A stretch of 59,669 bases of DNA, from the IMG/VR virus record IMGVR_UViG_3300027112_000002, positions 1 to 59,669 of that record; one strand, given 5' to 3'. A program made the position numbers and the translations under genes. Source of the DNA: a virus. Lineage: Duplodnaviria > Caudoviricetes. Below, one piece after another: positions 26,780 to 36,470 of this stretch. Position 1 is the first letter of the stretch. Each line of letters starts with the position of its first letter. The notes below the pieces were generated by a model, which was given only the letters and a program-made list of their open reading frames with translations, ran no database searches and was not told the DNA's origin.

Positions 26780-29737
26780 ATGACTGAGGAGGAACTGACA
26801 AATGTCAGGTCCGATGGCCAGTTTTCGACTATATATGCAGCCATACACAACCCTTCCGTTGTGTTTACCTGCCAGGTTAACCAGACGTTTGTAAATTCAG
26901 ATCGTGTACTTGAAGTCATATACGACAATGTTGTAGAGGGTGCGTATACTGATGTCATCCCTAATATGACCGCATGGATAGGCTCCGAAGCTGGCATGTA
27001 CGATTTGGGGCAAGTCAGAATACGTAAAGACCCAACTTCCGACACCCTATATGTTGGTGAAAATTCGGAAGTGTTTTGGGACGACGATGTATGGATAACC
27101 GTAGTGGATGAGTTTGGTCTGTGGCCCAGGCATCTAGCTATGGATGCTGACGGCACCCCTTTTATGGACGCCGATATAGCATACACAGATCAACATACTA
27201 ATATGGTGCCTACTGTGGTTATGGGCCCACCCGCTGTTTTGTGGCTGCGTGATGATACAGTTTCCCTAACCTTGGATTTGTCCCACAGTAAGTGTTTGTC
27301 GCCCGGCGCGAAGACCTATTCGTCTGTAGCTCCGGGGGCCTCCGGGACCTCCGATATGGATACGGACGCCCCGACTGTGACATATGACACCCCCGGCACA
27401 TATCGTGTAACGTCAGAAGTGACTGTGGCCGGGGTTACTGGCATTGGCCATCGATACATTTTTGTATTTTCGGATGATTCTCCTCCAGCACAATTTAATC
27501 TTAAATCCGCGGGTGGCGATTATTCTGAGGGTGGATGGGATTTCTCAGGAGAAGTGTTTGCTCCGGATGCTGCCTATACAAATTTGAGAGACCGGGCAAT
27601 GATAGTATTGTTTGCTATAGATTATTACGGTCAAGTTCAAATGAGCATTGGTCCCATACCTGGATATGAAAATGTGGTGGTGTGGGGGTGGGTTGTGGAG
27701 GAGCCCTGGGATTTGAACCCCATTAATGGCAGGGTTAATTTGAATGTCAAAGGCCCCAACAGATGGTTGGATATGGAGGAAGGGTTTCCATTGGGGGTTG
27801 AAAATAACACCGAAGAGGCTGATGCTTGGACCAACTTCAATGCCCTTACCACGGACAAGGCGGTGTATCATTGGGTTACTTGGAGAACCACGGTTTCCCA
27901 AGTGGTTGATGTATACTACTCGGACGATTCAAGGCAGGCTCCTTTACTAGAAGCCCCCGTTGGGACTTTGTGGCAACAATTGGTCGAAATATGTGACCCA
28001 ATAATGGCTCGCCCCTGTTTCGATCGGTATGGGCGGATGTTTGTCGAGATAAATTCCCAATACTTGCCCGAGGACGAGAGATTGGGCCCTGACGTTTTGA
28101 CCATAACTAAATATGACTGGCAGGGCAATATTACCCCTGTAAGGAAAATAACCCCACAGACATCAAAAGTGGACCTATCCGGAATTAGCTTTACTTCCGG
28201 CGCTGGTGCAATAGCCATATTCTCCCTGGCCCCAGGTCATATATTTGGACGATATGGCAGAACCATGATTATAGATAGGCGTCTGTTGATCGATCAAACA
28301 CAGGCCAACACTCTGGCTGGGTTGGTATTGGGCAATGAGAACAGAGATTTTGATTTTGAATTATTGGGTGCTGGCAATAACAGGATGTTGGATATTTGCC
28401 CGCAGCAATATGCTCCATTTACGATACTACCCGAAGATACTCCTCGTGAGATAGAGTTTGATGGTAGATTGGTAGTTAGAACCGTTGAATATACTCAAGA
28501 GGAAAGTAAATATATTCTTCCCAGATGGACTGCAGAGCCTGAGACCTTTCCAGAGAATAATGTGGATGGTGACATTATTAAAAGTGATGGGATAGATACA
28601 ATAGATTTCTCAGTACCGCCAACCCCCAGAATGCCGGTGTTAGAAACATACCCTGCCCCTCCAATAGACCCCTCGGTTCCAGGGGCCCCTCCTAAGAAAG
28701 TCATATTGGGGTCTGCTTCCAGCGGATTGGTTTATTCCAAAAATTTCGACGTACTGCCAGCCAATGTGATCTGGTCGGCAATGAATTCGGGTTTGGATAC
28801 AGTATCCAAAACACAAATAATGGATGTTGTGGCCACTCCAGATGGCACCCTGTTTCTAATAACGGGCACCAACCCTCACGGCCCAGGGTTGGGCAGGAAA
28901 TATATATATACAGCTTCGGGGCTCGGAGCTCCATGGAGATTGTATTATAACGCTGATTCCTTCTCTCCAGCCGAGTACGTAACGGGTATCGGGGTAAACC
29001 CAAACAAACAGCAGGAAATAGCCTTTCACACCTGTATATATCTGGATGTATTTGGGACTGGATATACCGGGTCCAAACTCAATATAGGTGATAGTAGTGG
29101 ATACTCCGTCACTTTTTGGCCGGGTACTGGTGTAGGCAATGTGTCGGGAGATGATCGCTGGTCATGTGTTCGTTTGGCCGGTGGGAAATGGTATGTAATG
29201 ACCAATAAAGGTGGTGGTGGCATTCATACTCCCTTGATAGGTCAGTTCTCTGGTGGTGGTACTTTATTAGCCCATTCTACCGTAAATGTTGATTTTGGGT
29301 CATCGGGTGTGCCTAGATTTGGTGTGGTACCGGGAGGTAGTGATCAACTGATTACCTGGGATTCTGGGCATCCTGGATTTACCATTATATCCAGTGCAGA
29401 TTTGCCGGGGGTGTACGTTGACCCCGGCCCTACCTTCAATTTAATTCAAGGTATGGCTATATCTCCTAGCGGACAATATGCGATGGGCCAAGATGGTAGT
29501 GGGTTACATACTTCTCAGTTTTCTACTGACTTTCTAGCCACTTGGGGGGTTCCTGCGGGGTCCATGGTTGGCCAGGATGTTTGGGAGTGTTTTAATAATG
29601 ATTTCATCTATGTTTTTGGTGGAGGGACCACCATACGATTAACAATCGATCAAGGCATCACTTACGAAGATAAAACGGGCAATCTAGGCTCCGTTGCCCC
29701 GTTGATAGATATAACCAATATTAGGATACTTGGATAA
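26780..29737 (+). CDS. Tail tip/hub protein with C-terminal beta-propeller-like region
   Basis: About 985 aa; PKD-like segment; Asp-box-like STDFLATW/TIDQGITY. Confidence 0.7.
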   Translation: MTEEELTNVRSDGQFSTIYAAIHNPSVVFTCQVNQTFVNSDRVLEVIYDNVVEGAYTDVIPNMTAWIGSEAGMYDLGQVRIRKDPTSDTLYVGENSEVFWDDDVWITVVDEFGLWPRHLAMDADGTPFMDADIAYTDQHTNMVPTVVMGPPAVLWLRDDTVSLTLDLSHSKCLSPGAKTYSSVAPGASGTSDMDTDAPTVTYDTPGTYRVTSEVTVAGVTGIGHRYIFVFSDDSPPAQFNLKSAGGDYSEGGWDFSGEVFAPDAAYTNLRDRAMIVLFAIDYYGQVQMSIGPIPGYENVVVWGWVVEEPWDLNPINGRVNLNVKGPNRWLDMEEGFPLGVENNTEEADAWTNFNALTTDKAVYHWVTWRTTVSQVVDVYYSDDSRQAPLLEAPVGTLWQQLVEICDPIMARPCFDRYGRMFVEINSQYLPEDERLGPDVLTITKYDWQGNITPVRKITPQTSKVDLSGISFTSGAGAIAIFSLAPGHIFGRYGRTMIIDRRLLIDQTQANTLAGLVLGNENRDFDFELLGAGNNRMLDICPQQYAPFTILPEDTPREIEFDGRLVVRTVEYTQEESKYILPRWTAEPETFPENNVDGDIIKSDGIDTIDFSVPPTPRMPVLETYPAPPIDPSVPGAPPKKVILGSASSGLVYSKNFDVLPANVIWSAMNSGLDTVSKTQIMDVVATPDGTLFLITGTNPHGPGLGRKYIYTASGLGAPWRLYYNADSFSPAEYVTGIGVNPNKQQEIAFHTCIYLDVFGTGYTGSKLNIGDSSGYSVTFWPGTGVGNVSGDDRWSCVRLAGGKWYVMTNKGGGGIHTPLIGQFSGGGTLLAHSTVNVDFGSSGVPRFGVVPGGSDQLITWDSGHPGFTIISSADLPGVYVDPGPTFNLIQGMAISPSGQYAMGQDGSGLHTSQFSTDFLATWGVPAGSMVGQDVWECFNNDFIYVFGGGTTIRLTIDQGITYEDKTGNLGSVAPLIDITNIRILG

Positions 29738-32700
29738 TGCCAAATAACAGTCGTGTCCTAAAAAAGAAATACAGGGACAGCCAAGCCCAAATACAGACCC
29801 CTCAAACCAGAGAGTTTGCTGCTTTCCTGGGGAATTCGTCCGGCATAGTCCAACAGGACGATGAAGGACACGTGTATGTAATACTACAAACTGGGGTAGT
29901 GCTAATAGTCCACAATGAAGTGGTTCCATTAATACCCAGGCTGCCAGTTATATGTGGATATACTGCAGATAAACCAAAATTGCTGCAGGTGCTGCGTGCC
30001 CGGGACGTATACGTTGGCAGCCCCCTTCCCGTCCTTCCTAACCATGGAACCTTGCATACATGGCCAAAGTTAGATACTACATACGTAGCGGCTCAGCAAA
30101 TCCTGCCGGGATTGGCATTTGGGGGCTCGGCGGTATCCTTGCGCATGGTTGGGTTCATATATTATTTGGACGGGTGGAAATCGGTATCCAATTATGACGA
30201 AGACAACGAAATTGACTTATCTTCATATATACCAACTGTTGGGGCTAATTGGTTATTGCTGGAGATAGATAGCAGTGGGGTAATATCCTATACTGCTGGT
30301 GCGGTTGTGGGGTCCAGACTATCTCTGACTATAGCCGACATACCCGAACCAACCCCAGGGAAGAAGCCCTTGGTAGCCGTCAAAGTATATGCTGGTCAAA
30401 CAGAGATAATTAATACAGCCACCGATACAGATATTGCGGATATAAGATTTGGTGGGTTCGCCTCCGGTGGTGGTGTTCCTCTGTTGGACCCGAATAGAGT
30501 TGTATTTACAGATGATGATGGAGTGCTGGCTACAGGTAGCTTTTGGTACAATAGGTACAATGTAGACTATCTAGGTCAAAGCTATCATGGGTTCGATACC
30601 CCTCGCGTTTCTGGTAACAATGCAGAAGTGCAGACAAATCATGATGAGAGCACAACTAAAACAGTAATAGTGTTGTCGGACAACATAGCTCACTTCCCAG
30701 GATTTGTATCCATTCGTGGTGGTTGGGACGGTGCTGACCCCACCAAAGTATTGGATGGAATGTTGCTCAACACATTTCGTGGGGCTGGGTTCTATCACGA
30801 AGCTGGTGACCCGGCGGCACAGGGAAATTCAACAGCCGTTATTAATCTGATTGCAACCGGCGATTGGGACGCAACTAGCCGACCTGCTGAAATATGGTTC
30901 TATACCACTCCTGTTGGAGGAACAACTAGGCAATTACGCGGAAGGTTCACTGACGGTGGAGACCTGGACCTTGAGCCGGGTGGCCAATTTACCATTGGCG
31001 GAGTTCCCTTACCTACGGGTACAGTCTGGGGGGATATAACCGGCACCATTTCTGATCAGACGGATTTATGGTTTGCATTGAACAACATTGATCTGACTAC
31101 CCAGGTTACTGGAGTATTGCCCCCTGCTAATGGGGGCACAGGAGTTAGCAATGCTGGAACCATAGATAATGATACCAACTTGACCATAGATGGTGGAGGA
31201 ACAATTAATCTAGGTGGGTTCAGCCTAACCATTCCCGCCACCTTGACGGCTGCAGGGTTGGGTATAGCCAATGTATTTACTCGTGGCCAGTTTATTGACG
31301 GTTCAGCAGACGAAATCCAGTTACGAGTTCAAGGACACAGTTCTCAGACGACAAGTCTTATTACTGTTGAGAATAGTGTTGGGACTGTAGTGGCTGGTGT
31401 AGATTCCTCAGGGCGCCTATTCTCTTACGGCAAGGCTGCTATAACGTCCGATCTGTTTATGCAGGGTGCTGGAAATATTACTCTCACTGGAACCAATACT
31501 ATTGGTATAGGTTCCACTGCATTCGCTGCACTGACTAGTGGATCGGAAAATGTAGGCATTGGGTCTGGTGTGTTGAATGCCCTCCTAACTGGAAACAACA
31601 ATGTTGCCATTGGGTATTTGGCTTCTAGAAAAGAATTAGGAAGTTCAAATACGGCTGTTGGTAGCAATGCTGGGGGTTCTGGAACAAACCATACGAGTTC
31701 GTTCTCAACCTATATAGGCCAAGGAGCAGGACTTAATGCTAGGGCTGATTCCAATACCTTTTTGGGTGCTCAAACGGGAGCTACCAAGACCACAGGGGCC
31801 AGAAATGTGTTAATAGGGGCGTTTACTGGTTTTAATCAGACCACCGGGTCAGATATATTATTGATCGATGCCAGAGATTCTCAACGGGCAAGCGCTGCAG
31901 CGGAATTAACAGATTCCATCATCTATGGTGTGATGGGCACCACTCCAGACGTTCAGGCTTTGACTATTAATGCTGCAATAATAATGGCGAGCAGCAAACA
32001 AAAGGCAAGTGCGGCAGGGGCAGTATGGGATTCAATAAATCAAACAGCGGCAACGGTTACGGTATCCGGCTCCACCAATATAACGACGGCCACAGGTTTC
32101 AACTATCACACTATAGCCCGCCCAACAATATCCGCCGCGTCGGCTCTTACTGTCACCAATTCGGCAACTTTATATATAGCCAATTCCCCACTCGGTGCTG
32201 GGGCTGGACCTGCAACCATAACCAACGCCTATGCCATCTGGGTAGATGATGGTAATGTACGTTTTGATGGGTTTTTAGGGGTTGGGGCATCTCCAAGCGC
32301 TAACGCATCACTTACAGTAAGGAAAACTTCTGCAGGGGCTTCGAATATAGCAATCGATTCTAGGCTTACCGTCTCCACCAACTCTTCTGGAACAACAGGT
32401 CTTTATTCTGCAATAACTCCAACTGTTACTCAAACAGGTTCAGGTTCAGGTGCTCCTACTGCGATTCAGGCTGCAGTATCGGCTACTTTGGTTGGTGGTG
32501 GTAGTTCGGAATTAATCTCATTAGCATCTGTTTTGTCCATGGATAATGGGGTAGCCATAACCAATTGGTATGGTTTGAGGGTATTTAATCCCATCAATGG
32601 GGGCATTCCTGGAGTTCTTACAAATTCTTATGGTGTTTACGTGGAAGATCAATCCATAGGAACAACCCTGAATTACGCTATTTATACTAATATAGGAAAG

Positions 32701-33540
32701 GTCTCATTTATTGGAAGTCAGAGCATTGCATCAGGAGCAAGTGCTGTTTGGAATGGTGTGGAATTGCGTGCAGCCACAGCCACCATTACTGGCTCTACGA
32801 ATATTACTACTGCAACGGGTTTCAATTATCATACAATAGCTCGTCCTACTTTATCTGCAGCCTCTGCCCTTACCATTACTAATGCAGCAACTTTATACAT
32901 CGCTAATTCTCCCCTTGGGGCGGGGGCGGGCCCGGCTACAATTACAAATGCGTATGCAATTTGGGTAGATGATGGTACTGTAAGATTAGATGGTAAAGTG
33001 ACTACCTTGGGCTCTGCTACCATAGCTTCTGCAGCAGGAGCAATATGGGACGCAGTAGAGTTTAGAGCAGCTACAGCTACGCTCTCGGGCAATACAAATA
33101 TTACCACCGCCACAGGGTTTAATTATCAAACTATTGCAGCACCCACCATTACCTCCCCGTTGGCCGTTACAATTACCAATGCAGCAACGTTGTATATTGC
33201 AGGAGCTCCAGCGGGTGCAGGTGCAGGACCTGCAACTATTACAAATGCCTATTCCTTATGGATATATGCCGGTGTAAGCAGATTTGATGGAAACTTTGAT
33301 CTATCAAATGCAGCTGTGAACTTTGTTTTAGATTCAACTACAGGCACCAAATGGGGTACGGCTACCTCTCAAAAACAATCCTTCTGGAACGCAACCCCCA
33401 TAGTTCAACCAACTACGGCTATTGCGGCGGCCACTTTTGTGGCCAATACATCTGGCATAGTAAATGACACTGCAACCTTTGATGGATATACTGTTGGTCA
33501 GATTGTGAAGGCGCTTAGGAACCTGGGCCTGCTGGCTTAA
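29737..33540 (+). CDS. Tail fibre/receptor-binding protein with internal repeats
   Basis: Gly/Asn beta-helix repeats (NVGIG, NVAIG, NTAVG), three ~90-aa repeats, C-terminal ALRNLGLLA. Confidence 0.85.
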   Translation: MPNNSRVLKKKYRDSQAQIQTPQTREFAAFLGNSSGIVQQDDEGHVYVILQTGVVLIVHNEVVPLIPRLPVICGYTADKPKLLQVLRARDVYVGSPLPVLPNHGTLHTWPKLDTTYVAAQQILPGLAFGGSAVSLRMVGFIYYLDGWKSVSNYDEDNEIDLSSYIPTVGANWLLLEIDSSGVISYTAGAVVGSRLSLTIADIPEPTPGKKPLVAVKVYAGQTEIINTATDTDIADIRFGGFASGGGVPLLDPNRVVFTDDDGVLATGSFWYNRYNVDYLGQSYHGFDTPRVSGNNAEVQTNHDESTTKTVIVLSDNIAHFPGFVSIRGGWDGADPTKVLDGMLLNTFRGAGFYHEAGDPAAQGNSTAVINLIATGDWDATSRPAEIWFYTTPVGGTTRQLRGRFTDGGDLDLEPGGQFTIGGVPLPTGTVWGDITGTISDQTDLWFALNNIDLTTQVTGVLPPANGGTGVSNAGTIDNDTNLTIDGGGTINLGGFSLTIPATLTAAGLGIANVFTRGQFIDGSADEIQLRVQGHSSQTTSLITVENSVGTVVAGVDSSGRLFSYGKAAITSDLFMQGAGNITLTGTNTIGIGSTAFAALTSGSENVGIGSGVLNALLTGNNNVAIGYLASRKELGSSNTAVGSNAGGSGTNHTSSFSTYIGQGAGLNARADSNTFLGAQTGATKTTGARNVLIGAFTGFNQTTGSDILLIDARDSQRASAAAELTDSIIYGVMGTTPDVQALTINAAIIMASSKQKASAAGAVWDSINQTAATVTVSGSTNITTATGFNYHTIARPTISAASALTVTNSATLYIANSPLGAGAGPATITNAYAIWVDDGNVRFDGFLGVGASPSANASLTVRKTSAGASNIAIDSRLTVSTNSSGTTGLYSAITPTVTQTGSGSGAPTAIQAAVSATLVGGGSSELISLASVLSMDNGVAITNWYGLRVFNPINGGIPGVLTNSYGVYVEDQSIGTTLNYAIYTNIGKVSFIGSQSIASGASAVWNGVELRAATATITGSTNITTATGFNYHTIARPTLSAASALTITNAATLYIANSPLGAGAGPATITNAYAIWVDDGTVRLDGKVTTLGSATIASAAGAIWDAVEFRAATATLSGNTNITTATGFNYQTIAAPTITSPLAVTITNAATLYIAGAPAGAGAGPATITNAYSLWIYAGVSRFDGNFDLSNAAVNFVLDSTTGTKWGTATSQKQSFWNATPIVQPTTAIAAATFVANTSGIVNDTATFDGYTVGQIVKALRNLGLLA

Positions 33541-33544
33541 GGGG

Positions 33545-33573
33545 TTGCGCTTGAAGCTTTTTTGTGATATCAT
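33545..33573 (+). promoter_or_regulatory. Possible promoter
   Basis: TTGCGC-17 bp-TATCAT with TG. Confidence 0.4.
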
Positions 33574-33599
33574 TGAATTACTAGGAAAAGGAGTATATT

Positions 33600-33830
33600 A
33601 TGACTGAAAATGAAAGAAAACTTGAGATTGCAAAGATGGAAAGGCAGGGATGGGAAAATAATCTGCTGCTTCTGGAGATGCGGCATCGTGTCCAAAAGAA
33701 ATTGGATAATAAAGAGGCCATGACCCAGATCGAAGCGGAAATGGTTAAGTCTCATTTGGCCTTAAGTGAACTTGATACCATCGAAAAAGAAATCGTTGCA
33801 GAAATGAAGAAACTCCCCAAGAAGACATAA
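33600..33830 (+). CDS. Coiled-coil protein (possible fibre chaperone)
   Basis: AGGAG RBS; helical composition. Confidence 0.6.
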   Translation: MTENERKLEIAKMERQGWENNLLLLEMRHRVQKKLDNKEAMTQIEAEMVKSHLALSELDTIEKEIVAEMKKLPKKT

Positions 33831-34001
33831 ATGCCAATCACCGGTAAATTGACTAAGAGGAATGAATTTAAGACCCTGTTGTACATAAATGTATTGTTTT
33901 TAATATTTATGTCCATTATATTCCTGGGCTGCATGGCGTGGGCAATTTATCGTCTCAATCAGATAAACCTGCAAATCCAGTGTATAGCTCAATATCTATA
34001 G
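33831..34001 (+). CDS. 56-aa single-pass membrane protein (below ORF-track cutoff)
   Basis: Manual translation MPITGK...LLYINVLFLIFMSIIFLGCMAWAIY... Confidence 0.55.
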   Translation: MPITGKLTKRNEFKTLLYINVLFLIFMSIIFLGCMAWAIYRLNQINLQIQCIAQYL

Positions 34002-34016
34002 CACAATGAGGAACGA

Positions 34017-34316
34017 ATGAATATCTTACTATCCCCCTATTTGTTGTCCTTTTTGGGGTTTGTTTTGAGTGTATTCATTTTGATAGTGGCAATAGACACT
34101 AGGAATAGGTCCTTGGCCACTTCACTATTTGGGTCCTTTATCTTCGGTGTATTCTATCTGTACCTGGGTATTTCAGGCATAAACAGCGAAGAATCTCGGG
34201 TTATTGCTAGGCAGGTTTTCGTGTTCATCATGGCCCTTTTAATAGGGGACCTATTCCCAGATGTTTACAAGGCGGTTAAGAATTGGAGAGGGCATGGATT
34301 TAAAAGAATTCAATAA
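34017..34316 (+). CDS. Three-helix membrane protein, holin candidate
   Basis: Three hydrophobic stretches, basic C-terminus. Confidence 0.6.
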   Translation: MNILLSPYLLSFLGFVLSVFILIVAIDTRNRSLATSLFGSFIFGVFYLYLGISGINSEESRVIARQVFVFIMALLIGDLFPDVYKAVKNWRGHGFKRIQ

Positions 34317-34644
34317 ATGGTTTCAGGACAATTCATCGTGGGTGATATCTCTGGTATTAGGTTTATCTGCCTCTCCGTTGATTAATCGTTTGGTTACTAA
34401 GTATTTTCCCACCTCCGTTGAGAAGACAGAGGGTACCGGCAATATAGTAAGTGCAGCTAATGAAGCTGTAGACACAATGAAAAAAGTTATGGACCAGATG
34501 GAGGTAAGATATAATAGTGAAATAAGCATGTTGAATGATAGAATAAATAAACTCGATGAAAAAGTCAGAATGGAATCAGCCACCAGAGTTAAATGTGAAG
34601 CTCTGTTAAAGAAAATAGCACGAAAATATAAAATAAAATACTAA
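34294..34644 (+). CDS. Membrane-anchored coiled-coil protein (lysis-cassette type)
   Basis: N-terminal hydrophobic helix then coiled coil. Confidence 0.6.
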   Translation: MDLKEFNKWFQDNSSWVISLVLGLSASPLINRLVTKYFPTSVEKTEGTGNIVSAANEAVDTMKKVMDQMEVRYNSEISMLNDRINKLDEKVRMESATRVKCEALLKKIARKYKIKY

Positions 34645-34653
34645 TGTAGGTCC

Positions 34654-34682
34654 TTGTTAAGAAACGTCTCCTGTGTTATAAT
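34654..34682 (+). promoter_or_regulatory. Promoter of the LexA-like gene
   Basis: TTGTTA-17 bp-TATAAT with TG. Confidence 0.6.
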
Positions 34683-34701
34683 GCTAGCACAGGAGATTAC
34701 C

Positions 34702-35091
34702 ATGTCAAGAAAAGCCCCCCTTACCCTAACCCCCGCCACCAAACCCTTTTTGTTGGCCATATACAAATATCAGATCGACCATGGCGGGGTGTCCCCGTCA
34801 TTTAAAGAGTTGGCTGTACTAGCCTCCCCCCGAAATTCTGTGCCTCTATCCACAAGTGTGGTGGGGTATTATTTAGACCAATTGAATAGGCTAGGGTATA
34901 TAGATCGCACCCCCTGGCTTGCCCGCGCCATCGTGATCACATCTAAGGGATATGGTGCTTTAGGGCTTGCTCCCGTAGTTGTGTCCCAATGCCCTAACTG
35001 TGGACATGTTTATGACCCATCTCAAGTTCAGGTGGGCCATAAGGAAACACTTAAAAAGTTTAAAAACTCTGCTATATCACAAACACACTAA
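34702..35091 (+). CDS. LexA-type DNA-binding domain plus zinc ribbon, lacking the S24 autopeptidase domain
   Basis: SPSFKELA...STSVVGYYLDQL..LGYIDR...ARAI; CPNCG; AGGAG RBS. Confidence 0.85.
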   Translation: MSRKAPLTLTPATKPFLLAIYKYQIDHGGVSPSFKELAVLASPRNSVPLSTSVVGYYLDQLNRLGYIDRTPWLARAIVITSKGYGALGLAPVVVSQCPNCGHVYDPSQVQVGHKETLKKFKNSAISQTH

Positions 35092-35362
35092 CTTTTCTTT
35101 TCCTGTCTTTTCCCTCACCCTCCCAGTTGCTATAGGCTTTAAACACCACATCATGCCCCAATACTATTTTCATTTCATATAGTATTGGGGCAATGCTCTT
35201 TTTCACCTGTTCGCTGACTAATAACATACGCAAGGCTATAGATGGCCTCTCATTCAATTCCTTAGTAAGTCTGGCAGCCAACTTCATTTCCAGCTTGGCC
35301 ATTTTGTTATCTTGGGGGGTCCACTTAAAATTTGGGTCAGGCTCAATGTTCGCGTCCGTCAT
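35072..35362 (-). CDS. Hypothetical protein
   Basis: Last gene of leftward arm, GAGG RBS. Confidence 0.6.
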   Translation of the reverse strand: MTDANIEPDPNFKWTPQDNKMAKLEMKLAARLTKELNERPSIALRMLLVSEQVKKSIAPILYEMKIVLGHDVVFKAYSNWEGEGKDRKRKVSVFVI

Positions 35363-35810
35363 AATTTCCTCTCGTGGCCCGAGGGCCTGGAATTGAAGGG
35401 GGCAAACTCATATAATCACAGAAATATTTAAAGGCAAAGTCCGCCCCTACTCCGAGAATGTAAAATGCCCCAGCTGTCTCCGATTCCTTTTTGAATTCCT
35501 GTTGATCTTCGCTCAAATCCATATTAGCATGGTTGGAGGCATTAATCCTCTTCATTTCGATGGCCAAGTAAGGCCATGCTCCCCTGGGCTGCAGGTATAC
35601 TAAATCCGGTAACCCAGTGTTTAATCCTTCGGCTTTTAATTTGGCCATGACTAGGTGGCGGCCTCCCCTAGACCCCCCTCCCAAGAAGGCCCCGTTCGGT
35701 ATGGAACCAAATAAACGGGGAATGAAACTATTGTCTAGGCGAAATTCATATTTTATACGGGCCACCAATTCGACTTGCTCATCGTGTTCCTTGGGTATAA
35801 TTTTAACCAT
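35343..35810 (-). CDS. VRR-NUC (PD-(D/E)xK) nuclease
   Basis: EHDEQ...IPNG...GLPDL...IEMK...SEDQ. Confidence 0.9.
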   Translation of the reverse strand: MVKIIPKEHDEQVELVARIKYEFRLDNSFIPRLFGSIPNGAFLGGGSRGGRHLVMAKLKAEGLNTGLPDLVYLQPRGAWPYLAIEMKRINASNHANMDLSEDQQEFKKESETAGAFYILGVGADFAFKYFCDYMSLPPSIPGPRATRGNYDGREH

Positions 35811-36391
35811 TAGACCAGTCCCAGCTTTCGTAATTCCAGATAGCAATCTGCTGTTGATCGGACGTCTCCCAGGGCGTTGTGTGCATCGACTATTTCCTTA
35901 TCTGGGAAAAGTTTGGCATATAACTCACCAAGTTTTGGCCATTTGTATCCGCCGCGGGTGTTGGGAATTTTGCAAAAGTCCGTGCCAACCATCATGGTGT
36001 CCACTATCTTGGCTGGAGACCCTGACCAGATGGCTCCCATGCGCACTATTTCACAATCAATGACGTTCTGATCGAAACGAATGTTGTGACCAGTAATAAT
36101 GTTGCAAGATTCGATGGCCAACACCAGATTGGTGATGACTTCAACTATGCCGTTGCCTTCGGCCAGGGCTTTTTCAGTGGTGATACCATGAATTTTGCTG
36201 GCTTCCTCGGGAATGACAAATCCTTCTGGTTTGATCAGGGTGTAGTGTTCATCCAGCACTACACCCTCTTCATCAAAAATTACCCAGGCCACCGAAATAA
36301 TGCGGGGCCAATTGTTTATGTCGGTTACCGGAGCCTTGTAATTTTTAGGTAAACCACTAGTCTCGGTGTCGAAACAGATAATGCGGTCCAT
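35810..36391 (-). CDS. DEDDh 3'-5' exonuclease (DnaQ-like)
   Basis: FDTETSG, GHNIRFD, AHNALGDV. Confidence 0.92.
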   Translation of the reverse strand: MDRIICFDTETSGLPKNYKAPVTDINNWPRIISVAWVIFDEEGVVLDEHYTLIKPEGFVIPEEASKIHGITTEKALAEGNGIVEVITNLVLAIESCNIITGHNIRFDQNVIDCEIVRMGAIWSGSPAKIVDTMMVGTDFCKIPNTRGGYKWPKLGELYAKLFPDKEIVDAHNALGDVRSTADCYLELRKLGLV

Positions 36392-36470
36392 GCCTTCTCC
36401 TTTTGCCCTCCGGTGACCACCGGAGGGCATTCTTTTTTGTGATATGACTATTATACGGGGAGTGTGATGA

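Noticed and set aside
31995-33295. Diversity-generating retroelement TR/VR pair
   Set aside because: No reverse transcriptase; differences are mostly synonymous and not adenine-specific
5975-35091. Alternative genetic code or stop-codon recoding
   Set aside because: Genes tile densely in the standard code and all three stop codons terminate genes
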